Positions 1 through 8,689 of a DNA stretch of 34,934 nt are shown here, in pieces. How positions within the stretch are numbered: the first letter of the stretch is position 1; the number at the start of each line of letters is the position of its first letter. A program made the position numbers and the translations under genes. The notes beneath the pieces were generated by a model that had not been told where the DNA came from, searched no databases, and saw only the letters and a program-made list of their open reading frames with translations. This stretch comes from Armatimonadota bacterium (GTDB lineage: Bacteria; Sysuimicrobiota; Sysuimicrobiia; Sysuimicrobiales; Humicultoraceae), in assembly GCA_037443365.1 (NCBI GenBank), contig JBBIOM010000020.1, positions 1 to 34,934 on the forward strand, read 5' to 3'.

Positions 1-1098
1 GTCAGCAACGGCGTCGGCGAGGACCTGATCGCATCCAGCATCGCCGCGGTGCTGCGATCGGCCGGGGTCCTGGTGACCGCCTACCCCCTGGTGGGTGAAG
101 GCGCCTACCCTGCTGGCATCCCGCTGCTCGATCCGCGAAGGACGCTGCCCAGCGGCGGATTCTCGATGCGCGCCGGGCTGCGCGGGCTGGGTGCCGACCT
201 GGCCTCCGGGCTCATCGGGCTGTGGCAAGGGCAACGACGGACGCTTGCGAGCCAGCGCGGCAGGCACGATCTCGTCGTGGCGGTCGGCGACGCCTACTGC
301 CTGTGGATGGCCGCGCGCGTCCAGCCCCAGGTGGCGTTCGTATCCACCGCGGATTCGGTGCGTATCTGCGAGTTCGGCACCCTGGCGGTCTGGGTGATGC
401 GCCGTCATGCCCGGCAGATCTTCGCGCGCGATCCGGACACGGCACAGGCGCTTGCGGCAATGGGACTGCCGGCGGCTGCGCCGGGCAACGTGATGATGGA
501 TCTGGTGGATGGCGCTGGCGAGACGTTCGGGCTATCCCCTGAAGCGCAGGTCGTGACGCTCCTGCCCGGAAGCCGCTCCGACGCCCTGGCAAACGCCGCG
601 TTGCTGGCGCGCGCGGCGCGCTCGATCGCCGCCCTCGAGCCGCGCACGCGGTTCCTCATGGCGCTGGCGCCGGGCGTCGCGATCCCAGAGGCCCTGCGCC
701 GGATCGGGGAGACAGGGGACCGGCAGCGCACCGCGGGCGATGGCGATGCCCCGATAACCCTCACAACGGCCTTTGCTGATGCGGTGGCGAGAGCCCATGT
801 CGTGATCGGGATGGCAGGCACGGCCAACGAGCAGGCGGCGGGCCTGGGCCGGCCGGTGGTGGCGTTTCCTGGCCCGGGCGCCCAGTTCACCCCTTTCTTC
901 CTGCGGGCGCAGCACCGGCTGCTGGGCGAGGCCCTCGTCCCAACCCGCGACTGGACAGAGGCGGCCGATGCCGTGGTGCGGCTGCTGCGCGATCCAGAGG
1001 AGCGCGCCCGACGCGGCGCGGTCGGGCGCGAGCGCATGGGACCGCCGGGCGGGTCGCACCTCATCGCAGAGGCACTACTGGCGGTGCTGTCGGGCTAG
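1..1098 (+). CDS. Lipid-A-disaccharide synthase (LpxB)-related GT-B glycosyltransferase-like protein, 5'-truncated by window edge
   Basis: Frame is open from base 1 (VSNGVGEDLIA, resembling the family SNGxGED motif), so it starts upstream of the listed 49 start. Also GNVMMD, LLPGSR, GMAGTANEQAAGLGRPVV, GPGAQFT, RMGPPGGS. Confidence 0.8.
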   Translation, partial: VSNGVGEDLIASSIAAVLRSAGVLVTAYPLVGEGAYPAGIPLLDPRRTLPSGGFSMRAGLRGLGADLASGLIGLWQGQRRTLASQRGRHDLVVAVGDAYCLWMAARVQPQVAFVSTADSVRICEFGTLAVWVMRRHARQIFARDPDTAQALAAMGLPAAAPGNVMMDLVDGAGETFGLSPEAQVVTLLPGSRSDALANAALLARAARSIAALEPRTRFLMALAPGVAIPEALRRIGETGDRQRTAGDGDAPITLTTAFADAVARAHVVIGMAGTANEQAAGLGRPVVAFPGPGAQFTPFFLRAQHRLLGEALVPTRDWTEAADAVVRLLRDPEERARRGAVGRERMGPPGGSHLIAEALLAVLSG

Positions 1099-1970
1099 CG
1101 CCCCACCCAGAAGGCCTGGCTCCACGCGCGAAGGGGTCCTGCGCGGCACTCCAGCCGGACGAAATCCTCATCGCCGGCAGGCGTGTAGTGCCCCTCACCT
1201 CCGCGGATCATGGCGCGCGAGCGGCCCGCGGCGTCGAACACAAGCACCTCTTCGGCGGCGCTACACACAATGATCGCATCGCCGGCTACGCCGAAGTCCG
1301 CCTCCACACCTGTGCTGGCGTAGAACGCTCCGCACAGCAGCGCGGCGCGCAGCGCATCGGATGTGATCGCCTCCACCTTCACCATCACCCAGGCGCGGTC
1401 AAACTGCGCCGAGGTGTGGCAGTCGTCGGCCGCTGCTGCCCAGATGCGCCCTTCCGGCCCGTGCGCTCGAACCGCGCCGGTGAAGCGCCGCAGATCCTCG
1501 TCAGGGTTGGAGTGGGGGTTCCAGATCTCGACCAGGAACGGGCCTGGCAGGGCGGCCATGGTCTGGAGCGTCCAGGCGCCGGTCCACAGGTTGCCGGTCC
1601 AGGAAGGGTGATTCAGGCACGCGATCCCGCCGTCAGCCTGCGTGCGCGCGATGCGGTCAGGGGCCGCCCCTTCCCCCAGCACCTGGTCAACGAGCAGGCG
1701 GCTCAGGTGCTGCCCAAGCGGCGGCACGATGCGGACAATCGTCTCCTCCACGCCGGGGAGGGCCAGGAACCTGGCATCGTTGACCTCGTCGCAGCGCGTC
1801 ACGCGGTCGTGGTCGGTGAAGCAGATGAAGCTGTAGCCGGCATCGCGGTAGCGGCGGGCCAGGTCGGCGGGCTCGAACTGTCCGTCGGAGTTGCGGGTGT
1901 GGCAGTGCAGCTGGGCCCTGCGAAAGACCCCCGGGACCGCGTACGGATCGCGGATTCGCAGGCCGGTCAA
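1095..1970 (-). CDS. PHP-domain metal-dependent hydrolase (CehA/McbA-like)
   Basis: LHCHTRNSDG, FTDHD, NHP and ADDCH metal-ligand motifs; C-terminal FYASTG and WSQ; TTG start. Confidence 0.8.
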   Translation of the reverse strand: MTGLRIRDPYAVPGVFRRAQLHCHTRNSDGQFEPADLARRYRDAGYSFICFTDHDRVTRCDEVNDARFLALPGVEETIVRIVPPLGQHLSRLLVDQVLGEGAAPDRIARTQADGGIACLNHPSWTGNLWTGAWTLQTMAALPGPFLVEIWNPHSNPDEDLRRFTGAVRAHGPEGRIWAAAADDCHTSAQFDRAWVMVKVEAITSDALRAALLCGAFYASTGVEADFGVAGDAIIVCSAAEEVLVFDAAGRSRAMIRGGEGHYTPAGDEDFVRLECRAGPLRAWSQAFWVGR

Positions 1971-2002
1971 CGCCGCGCCCCGCTACGCCCTGCGGTGCTT
2001 CC

Positions 2003-2031
2003 TTGCCGCCCGCATGGACGCGTGCTACGAT
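2003..2031 (+). promoter_or_regulatory. Sigma70-type promoter for moaD-moaE
   Basis: TTGCCG (2003-2008), 17 nt, TACGAT (2026-2031) with extended -10 TG, in a divergent intergenic region. Confidence 0.55.
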
Positions 2032-2057
2032 GCGCGTGAATCGGTCCACCTGGCCCC

Positions 2058-2753
2058 ATGCAGATCACCGTCTCTCTATTCGCCGCCCACCGGGAAGCCG
2101 CGGGCACCGCGACCGTCCAACTCACGGTCCCCGAGGGTACCACGTCCGCCGGGCTCTGGGACATCCTTGTGGCCCAATACCCGGGCCTTCACCGCGTGGC
2201 GCGCCCCACCACGGCGGCGATCAACGACACGGTCGTGCCGCTGGAGCGCGCCCTGGCCGACGGCGACCGCGTTGCCCTGCTGGCCCCGGTCAGCGGGGGC
2301 AGCCCCGAAGCGCTCATTGAGCTCACGCGCGAGCCGATCCGCGTAGAGGCGGTGCTCGACTCCGTGCGTCACCCGGGCGCGGGCGCGGCCGTGCTGTTCC
2401 TCGGCACGGTCCGCGAGCACTCGCGCGGCCGGCGGGTGGAGCGACTCGACTACGAGGCGTACGAGGCGCTCGCGCGCTCCGAGATGGCCCGCATCGCAGA
2501 GCAGGCACGCGAGCGATGGGGCGCGCGCATGGCCGTCGTCCACCGCCTGGGCACCCTGGCCGTCGGCGAGATCAGCGTCGCCGTGGCAGCGGCCGCGCCT
2601 CACCGGTACCAGGCGTTCGAGGCCGGACGGTTCGCCATTGACGCCCTCAAGCAGTCCGTCCCGATCTGGAAGAAGGAGATCTGGGCCGGGGGCGCCGAGT
2701 GGATCTCGGAGGAGGAGCCAGCCACCCCGCCGCCCGCGGTCCCCGATCCCTAG
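2058..2753 (+). CDS. moaD-moaE: Fused molybdopterin synthase: MoaD/ThiS sulfur carrier plus MoaE catalytic subunit
   Basis: N-terminal ubiquitin-like domain ending DGDRVALLAPVSGG, then MoaE motifs GAAVLFLGTVR, LDYEAY, HRLG, APHR, LKQSVPIWKKE. Confidence 0.92.
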   Translation: MQITVSLFAAHREAAGTATVQLTVPEGTTSAGLWDILVAQYPGLHRVARPTTAAINDTVVPLERALADGDRVALLAPVSGGSPEALIELTREPIRVEAVLDSVRHPGAGAAVLFLGTVREHSRGRRVERLDYEAYEALARSEMARIAEQARERWGARMAVVHRLGTLAVGEISVAVAAAAPHRYQAFEAGRFAIDALKQSVPIWKKEIWAGGAEWISEEEPATPPPAVPDP

Positions 2754-3790
2754 GCCACGCGCCAGGGCACCAGCACTATCTTCCCGAACTGCTCGCGGCG
2801 CTCCAGCATGCGGTGGGCCTCGGCGGCCTGCTCCAGCGGCATGACCGCGTGCACCACCGGGCGCACGCTGCCGGAAGAGACCAGGCGCATGACCTCGAGC
2901 ATCTCGCGCTTGGTGCCCACCCAGGTCCCGTGAATCGCCAGCTGCCGGCCGTAGATGTACCGGATGTCGGTGGTCCCTTCGGGCCCTGTCGTGGCTCCAC
3001 AGGTTGCGAGCCGGCCTCCGCGCGCCAGCGACCTGATGCTCGCTTCCCAGGTGGACTTGCCCACATGGTCAAACACCACGTCCACTCCACGTCGTCCGGT
3101 GAGACGGCGCACCTCCTCGTACACATCTTGCGACGAGTGGTTGACCACCTCATGGGCGCCCAATTCCCTGGCACGCTCCAGCTTCCAGTCCGCGCCCGCG
3201 GTGGCGATCACGCGTGCCCCCATCTGCCGTGCGATCTGCACGCCGGCGCTGCCCACGCCGCTGCCCGCACCCCAGATCAACACCGTCTCGCCCATGCTGA
3301 TGCGGGCGTTCGTCACCAGCATGTTCCACGCGGTCAGGAAGACCAGGGGCACGGCCGCGGCTTCCTCGAAGCTCAGGTGGGATGGCTTCGGCATCACGTT
3401 CACGCGAGGCACCACGACGAACTCGGCGTAGCCGCCCGGGATGTGCTCCCCCAGGATCGAGAACGCGTCGCACAGGTTGTCGCGGCCGCTCGCGCAGGCC
3501 GGGCACTGCCCGCACGAGACCCCGGGGGAAATCATCACCTCGTCGCCCACCGACACACCGGTCGCGCGATCCCCGAAGCCGGCCACCACGCCGGCCACAT
3601 CGGCGCCCAGGATGTGTGGAAACCGCAGCCGAAGCCTGGGCAGGCCGCGCCTCACCCACAGGTCAATGTGATTCAGCGCGGCCGCCCTTATCCTGACGAG
3701 GACGTCGGTCGGCCCTGGCGCCGGGTCCGGGACTTCCTGGTGGACCAGGGCCTCGGGGCCTCCGTGCTGGTGGATGCAGACGGCCTGCAT
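2750..3790 (-). CDS. Zinc-binding MDR-family alcohol dehydrogenase / quinone oxidoreductase-like protein
   Basis: AAALNHID, PHILGAD, structural Zn CGQCPAC..C, GAGSGVG nucleotide loop, GKIVL end. Confidence 0.85.
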   Translation of the reverse strand: MQAVCIHQHGGPEALVHQEVPDPAPGPTDVLVRIRAAALNHIDLWVRRGLPRLRLRFPHILGADVAGVVAGFGDRATGVSVGDEVMISPGVSCGQCPACASGRDNLCDAFSILGEHIPGGYAEFVVVPRVNVMPKPSHLSFEEAAAVPLVFLTAWNMLVTNARISMGETVLIWGAGSGVGSAGVQIARQMGARVIATAGADWKLERARELGAHEVVNHSSQDVYEEVRRLTGRRGVDVVFDHVGKSTWEASIRSLARGGRLATCGATTGPEGTTDIRYIYGRQLAIHGTWVGTKREMLEVMRLVSSGSVRPVVHAVMPLEQAAEAHRMLERREQFGKIVLVPWRVA

Positions 3791-3795
3791 CGGCC

Positions 3796-4704
3796 CTATT
3801 CCTCCAGCATCAGGCGCCGGATCTCGGCGGTGAGGCGCAGCGCCTCAGGCATCGGGCGCTGCCACATGTTGCGGCCGAAGATCAGCCCGGTGGCGCCGGC
3901 CTGCATCACGAGGCGCGCCTTCTCCAACAGGTCGGCGTCGCCGATCTTCCCGCCGCCGCTGAAGAGCACGAACGCCCGCCCGGCGCTGCGGACCACCTTC
4001 TCCACGGCCTCGCGGTACTCGAGGATCATCGCGTTGTAGGGCTTGGGCGAGCCCTCCCTGGCCTTCTGATCGAAGACGGGCACGTTGAGCTTGATGACGT
4101 CGGCGCCGAGTTCGGTCGCCACGCGCGCGGCGTAGTCCACGGCGTAGAGGCTGTCACGCCCACCCTTCTTCTCTATTGCTTCGCCCCTGGGATACGACCA
4201 GACGACCAACGGCATCCCGTAGCGGTCGCAATCGGCGCGCACCGACGCCAGCTGCGCGATGTCCTCGTCCTGCCGGGGCGAGCCCACGTAGAGGGTGTAG
4301 CCGACTGCGGCGGCATCGAGCCGGACCGCGTCCTCGACGCGCGCGGTCATCCCCGAGAAGGCCCTGTCCGACGGAGGGATGTTCGTGCTGCCGTTGATCT
4401 TGAGAATCAGCGGGATCCTGCCGGCGTACCCGGCCAGGTAGTGCGCCGCAATGCCGTAGTGGAAGGCTATCCCCGAGTAGCCGCCGTCTATGGCCAGGCG
4501 TATCTGGAAATCAGGATCCTCGCTGGGTGGGTTGGGAAGGAAATCCGCCGGCCCGTGCTCGAGCCCCTGATCCACGGGGAGAACAAGCATCGTTCCCTTA
4601 CCGGGGCCGTGCTGGTAGAGCAGGCGGTGCAGTCGCGCGCGCACGCCCTGAGCGAGCGGCAGCGAGTCGAGCTGCGGTCTTCTAGCACGCTCGTCCTTCA
4701 TCAC
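3796..4704 (-). CDS. Class I (DhnA/FbaB-type) fructose-bisphosphate aldolase
   Basis: LPVDQGLEHGP, AVGYTLYVGS, WSYPRG, Schiff-base ELGADVIK, SGG, GLIFGRN; SD GGGAGGT before the GTG/ATG. Confidence 0.9.
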   Translation of the reverse strand: MMKDERARRPQLDSLPLAQGVRARLHRLLYQHGPGKGTMLVLPVDQGLEHGPADFLPNPPSEDPDFQIRLAIDGGYSGIAFHYGIAAHYLAGYAGRIPLILKINGSTNIPPSDRAFSGMTARVEDAVRLDAAAVGYTLYVGSPRQDEDIAQLASVRADCDRYGMPLVVWSYPRGEAIEKKGGRDSLYAVDYAARVATELGADVIKLNVPVFDQKAREGSPKPYNAMILEYREAVEKVVRSAGRAFVLFSGGGKIGDADLLEKARLVMQAGATGLIFGRNMWQRPMPEALRLTAEIRRLMLEE

Positions 4705-4717
4705 GGTACCTCCCTAG

Positions 4718-4739
4718 CCCGGGCCGCGCTGGGCCCGGG
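4718..4739. other. Intergenic GC-rich hairpin between lptA-like gene and aldolase
   Basis: CCCGGGCC (4718-4725) / GGCCCGGG (4732-4739) perfect 8-bp inverted repeat; no clear U-tract. Confidence 0.4.
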
Positions 4740-4746
4740 TACGTAA

Positions 4747-5604
4747 TCACGGTGTTGCTTCGATCCTGGCCCTGATCTGGCCTTCCGCCACGAACCGTCC
4801 TGCGGCGTACCAGACCGTCAACTTCTCGGCCGACAGGTGGCGGCCTGCCTGCACCAGCCGCACATCGCCCTCGAAGACGGCGCGCTGCTCTCCGAGGAAG
4901 ACCTCTGCCCCCGCGCTGTGGATCTCCATATCGCGCAGGATCGCGTGCACCCCTCCGGAGGCCTTCACCCTCTTCCAGCGATCGAAGGCCTCGATCCGCT
5001 CGCACTGGACGAACCCATCCCGCGTCTGCACGCGGGCTCGGCCTTCCAGGACCGCCTCGCCGCGCGCGCGCCGGTAGACGAGGCGCGCGCCGGTGGCGAT
5101 GATGTCGGGGGGCGTGAAGATCACTACCTCGCCCTGCGCGCTGATCGTGTCCGCCTCAGGCACCACGCTCACCTGGACAGCGGTGACCAGCCCGCCTTCG
5201 ACGTCCATGCTGGCCTTGCCCCGCGCGACCACGTGCCTGATCGCCGCGGACGTGTAGAGCACCGTGATCTCGGCACCTTCCAGCACGCCCTGCGGGGCCA
5301 CCACCCTGGCCTGGCCGGTCAGTACCCCCCGCCCTTCGCCGTAGTAGAGAGTCGCCCGCTCGGCGGTCGCCGTCGTGACCCCGTCGGTGATGCGCACGCG
5401 GCCTGCCGCCGACACCACGCGGGCCGCGGCATCGGCCCGGAGCTCGTCCGCCGTGACCACAAGACGCGGCGAGGGGCGCGGCGCCGGCGTGGCCGAAGGC
5501 ACCGGGCCGGGCGCAGCGGTGGATGGGCCGGGCGAGCCCGCCGCCGCCAAGAGCCACATGGCCGCGGCGACAAGAATCAGGGGCATTGCGCGCGGGAGAG
5601 GCAT
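4747..5604 (-). CDS. LptA/OstA-family beta-jellyroll protein, exported
   Basis: Signal peptide, Pro-rich linker, repeated beta motifs (VTADEL, AAGRVRIT, VVARGKA, ASGGVH, FEGDVRLVQ, LSAEKL). Confidence 0.75.
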   Translation of the reverse strand: MPLPRAMPLILVAAAMWLLAAAGSPGPSTAAPGPVPSATPAPRPSPRLVVTADELRADAAARVVSAAGRVRITDGVTTATAERATLYYGEGRGVLTGQARVVAPQGVLEGAEITVLYTSAAIRHVVARGKASMDVEGGLVTAVQVSVVPEADTISAQGEVVIFTPPDIIATGARLVYRRARGEAVLEGRARVQTRDGFVQCERIEAFDRWKRVKASGGVHAILRDMEIHSAGAEVFLGEQRAVFEGDVRLVQAGRHLSAEKLTVWYAAGRFVAEGQIRARIEATP

Positions 5605-5614
5605 GGTGGTCGCG

Positions 5615-6283
5615 CTAGGGGTTCCTCGTAATGTACTCGTACAGCGTCCGGTCGCGATATGCCGCGGCCAGATGGGCGGCGGCCTTCTTCTTGTCGCCCT
5701 TGCGCGTGTAGGTCAATCCCAGCATGTAGTGGAGCACGGCGTTACGGGGGTTCACCGCGAGCCCCTTCTCCCAGGCGCCGATGGCGCGGTCGCTCTGACC
5801 CAGGTCGGCGTATGCCTGCCCCAGGTAACCGTAGCCCCAGTCGTTCTGAGGGTCGATCGCGACGATCCGCTCGAACCCGGCGGCCACGGCCGGACGCTCG
5901 CCCAGGAAGTAGCGCGCGAACGCCAGCCTGTACCGGGCCAGCAGATCGTTGCGGTTGCGCGCGATCAGCCCCTCGGCCTCGGCCACGATCCGCAGCGCCA
6001 GCGCCTGCCGTGCTGCGGGCGGGCCGATCGCCTGGTCGGCCTCCTGGAGCTGCCGGAATCCGTCCAGGAGCCGCCCGCTGCGAGCGTAGAGCATCGCCAG
6101 CGTGAAGCGCGCGCCGGGATCCGACGGGCTCGACGCGACCTGCTGCTCGTAGCGCCGGGTCAGGGCCGGCCAATCCGCGGCCACCCCCTGCGCAAGCGCG
6201 GCCCGGGGAGGCGGTACGAGCAGCAGCACCGCAAGCAGCACCGAGGTCGCAGCCAGCACCAGGACCCGCCGGCGGTCAGTCAC
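5615..6283 (-). CDS. Exported tetratricopeptide-repeat protein
   Basis: Likely start GTG at 6283 (VTDRRRVLVLAA.. signal peptide ending ALA-Q), not 6514; TPR motifs ARFTLAMLY, YGYLGQAYADLG, LHYMLGLTY. Confidence 0.8.
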   Translation of the reverse strand: MTDRRRVLVLAATSVLLAVLLLVPPPRAALAQGVAADWPALTRRYEQQVASSPSDPGARFTLAMLYARSGRLLDGFRQLQEADQAIGPPAARQALALRIVAEAEGLIARNRNDLLARYRLAFARYFLGERPAVAAGFERIVAIDPQNDWGYGYLGQAYADLGQSDRAIGAWEKGLAVNPRNAVLHYMLGLTYTRKGDKKKAAAHLAAAYRDRTLYEYITRNP

Positions 6284-6285
6284 GA

Positions 6286-6855
6286 TCAGGGCCTGCCTCT
6301 GGTGAAGCCATAATGGCCGAGGGGCTTCCCGAGGCTCCAGTACTCCCGCGCGCCCGGACAGTAGGCCAGTGGAAGGGCTCTCAGGATATCGATCCGGCCC
6401 CTTTCCCCCTGCACTTCCTCCTTCACATGGAGGGCAACGATCTCGCCGAGGAAGAGATCGTGGCTTCCGAGGGAGATGACCTGTTTGACTTTGCACTCCA
6501 TTTGAACCGGACATTCGTCGATCAATGGCGCCCTAACCTTCTCCGCTGGAACGACCTTCCATCCCGTCAGATCGAATTTATCCGTCTCTCTTCCTGAGAC
6601 CACCCCGCAGGCATCAACCCCTCTGACCATCTCCTCCGAGGGAAGATTGACAACAAATTCCCCCATCCCCTTTATGCAACCATGCGAATACCGTTCCGGC
6701 CTGATGGAAATGCCGATCATGGGAGGCTCGGAATTGACCACTCCTGCCCAGGCCAGCGTGATGATATTGGGTTTTCCCTCTTCATCCACACAGGTCACTA
6801 AGACAACCGGTGTTGGAAAGAGTAAGGTCGTAGGTGGAAGGCTCTTTCGCCCCAT
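6286..6855 (-). CDS. Flavin reductase-family (flavoredoxin-like) FMN-binding protein
   Basis: PTPVVLVT, NIITLAWAG, PPMIGISIRPERYSH, EFVVNLP, CGVVSGR..DKF, LIDECPVQMEC, GSHDLFLGEI; SD-like AGGAGAGAGG. Confidence 0.9.
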   Translation of the reverse strand: MGRKSLPPTTLLFPTPVVLVTCVDEEGKPNIITLAWAGVVNSEPPMIGISIRPERYSHGCIKGMGEFVVNLPSEEMVRGVDACGVVSGRETDKFDLTGWKVVPAEKVRAPLIDECPVQMECKVKQVISLGSHDLFLGEIVALHVKEEVQGERGRIDILRALPLAYCPGAREYWSLGKPLGHYGFTRGRP

Positions 6856-6884
6856 TCCTCTCCTCCTTCTGGGACCCTCACCTT

Positions 6885-8024
6885 CTACTGAACGCGAGTG
6901 GCCACCGGCAGCCGCGCCACAACCCTCCGGGCCACCTCACGCAGTACCTTCGAAGATGGACTGTCCGGATGGGTCCTGACGAGCGGCAGCCCGCTGTCGC
7001 CGCTCTCGCGCAGGGCCAGGTCAATGGGGATCTCCCCCAGAAGCGGCACACCCAGGATCTCGGCCAGGCGCCGCCCCCCGCCCCTTCCGAACAGGTCGAC
7101 GGTGGTGGCCCCGGGCCCCGGCGTGAATCCCGACATGTTCTCAACCACGCCGACGACTGGCATGTTCACCAGCTCCGCCATCTTCGCTGCGCGCCTGGCC
7201 ACGCTCACGGCCGCAGGCTGCGGGGTGGTGACGATCAGCATGCTGGCCCGCGGCAGCGTCTGCGCGATCGTCAGCGATACGTCCCCGGTCCCGGGCGGCA
7301 GGTCTATCAGCAGGTACTCCAGGTCATCACCCCAGTGCACGTCGGAGATGAACGAGACCAGGGCCCTGTGCAGGAGCGGCCCCCTCCAGACCACCGCGGC
7401 CGAGTCGTCGGGCAGGAGGAACCCAATGGACATGACGCGGACGCCGTCGCTCTCAAGCGGGATCACTAACTGCTCTATGACCGTTGGGCGTCCCTCAACA
7501 CCCAGCATGCGGGGGATGGAGAAGCCGTAGATGTCGGCGTCAATCACGCCCACGCGCCTGCCTTCCAGCGCCAGGGCCGCGGCCAGGTTCGCGGTGATGG
7601 TGGACTTGCCCACGCCGCCCTTGCCGCTCGATATCGCGATCACACGCGTGCGCGAGTCCTCCGCGAGCAGCCCCTGCCGCCGCATGGGAGGCTCCGGGCC
7701 GTCGGGCGAGGCAGCGGGTTCGCCGCCCTGCAGCCGCCTGACCAGCGCCTGGCGCTGCTCCTGGTCCATCACCCCGAGACGGACGCTCACATCGCTGACC
7801 CCGGGGACGGCTCGGATCCTCTCCGCGACCGCGCTGGCGATTGTCTCTCTCAGGGGACAGCCACTGATGGTCAGCTGCACGTCCACGCTTACCCGGCCTT
7901 CCTCTACGGTGATCTCGCGGACCATGTCCAACTCGACGATGCTCCGGTGAAGCTCTGGGTCTTGTACGTCGCGGAGAGCCTCCAGGATCTGCTCTCGCGT
8001 GGGCTTGCTCCTGCTACCTGACAT
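6885..8024 (-). CDS. mrp: Mrp/NBP35 (ApbC) Fe-S cluster carrier ATPase with N-terminal DUF59
   Basis: DPEL and TISGCPL (DUF59), SGKGGVGKS deviant Walker A, DADIYG, VVWRGP, DLPPGTGD, GVVENMS. Confidence 0.92.
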   Translation of the reverse strand: MSGSRSKPTREQILEALRDVQDPELHRSIVELDMVREITVEEGRVSVDVQLTISGCPLRETIASAVAERIRAVPGVSDVSVRLGVMDQEQRQALVRRLQGGEPAASPDGPEPPMRRQGLLAEDSRTRVIAISSGKGGVGKSTITANLAAALALEGRRVGVIDADIYGFSIPRMLGVEGRPTVIEQLVIPLESDGVRVMSIGFLLPDDSAAVVWRGPLLHRALVSFISDVHWGDDLEYLLIDLPPGTGDVSLTIAQTLPRASMLIVTTPQPAAVSVARRAAKMAELVNMPVVGVVENMSGFTPGPGATTVDLFGRGGGRRLAEILGVPLLGEIPIDLALRESGDSGLPLVRTHPDSPSSKVLREVARRVVARLPVATRVQ

Positions 8025-8035
8025 CGTGGTCCTCC

Positions 8036-8683
8036 CTAGTGGTCTTGCTTGCGGCGCCGACGGCGGCGACGGCGCTTCCCGCTGGCCTCTGCCGGCCGCG
8101 CCGCTGCCGGCGTGACCGGCGCCTCAGGCGGCTCCGCGGCCTCCTCCAAGCCGCCTTCTGTCTCCGGGGCGACCTCGCCGCTGACCTCTTCTTCACCAGG
8201 TGGCGCTCCGGTGACAGATGCCTGATGGCGCCTGGCCTGGGGGCGCGCCAGGTCTCTCTCCGCCAGAGACCTTGCCTTGACGAGCGTGCTCTCGATGTGA
8301 CCCGCGAGTATCTGGCGCACGGCTGCCTCCGAGAAGAGCGTGATGCCGGGATCCACCGCCACCTGCGCGGCGAGAACCGTCGCGCCGTCGGATTCCCCTA
8401 CCGTGTACGCTCCGGAGAACTCCAGAAGGGTTCCGCGTACCTGCTTGAACTCGATCCGGCCAGGCGATCTCAGCGAGAACCTCTGCACCGAGGTGATCGG
8501 CAGGCCTCCGAAGAACCCGCGGAACTCCACCAGGGGCGCGGTGGGCGACCGTTCCCTTACATCCGCGGCCATCCAGATACCGGTGAACCGGGGGTGTGAC
8601 TCGATCCGGCTGAGCAACTGCCAGACACGCTGCACCGGAGCCCGGATGGCCCGATACCCTTCGGCGCGGATCACTCCAGGCAC
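8036..8683 (-). CDS. SRPBCC/START-like (polyketide cyclase-type) domain protein with acidic then Arg-rich tail
   Basis: IRAPVQRVWQLL..IESHPRF, RIEFKQVRG..FSGAY pattern; ends KRRRRRRRRKQDH. Confidence 0.7.
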   Translation of the reverse strand: MPGVIRAEGYRAIRAPVQRVWQLLSRIESHPRFTGIWMAADVRERSPTAPLVEFRGFFGGLPITSVQRFSLRSPGRIEFKQVRGTLLEFSGAYTVGESDGATVLAAQVAVDPGITLFSEAAVRQILAGHIESTLVKARSLAERDLARPQARRHQASVTGAPPGEEEVSGEVAPETEGGLEEAAEPPEAPVTPAAARPAEASGKRRRRRRRRKQDH

Positions 8684-8689
8684 GTCCGG

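Noticed and set aside
1971-2057. Moco riboswitch upstream of moaD-moaE
   Set aside because: Predicted leader is only about 20 nt after the -10 element, too short.
6284-6514. N-terminal extension of the TPR ORF
   Set aside because: Overlaps the flavin reductase gene; the signal peptide begins at GTG 6283.
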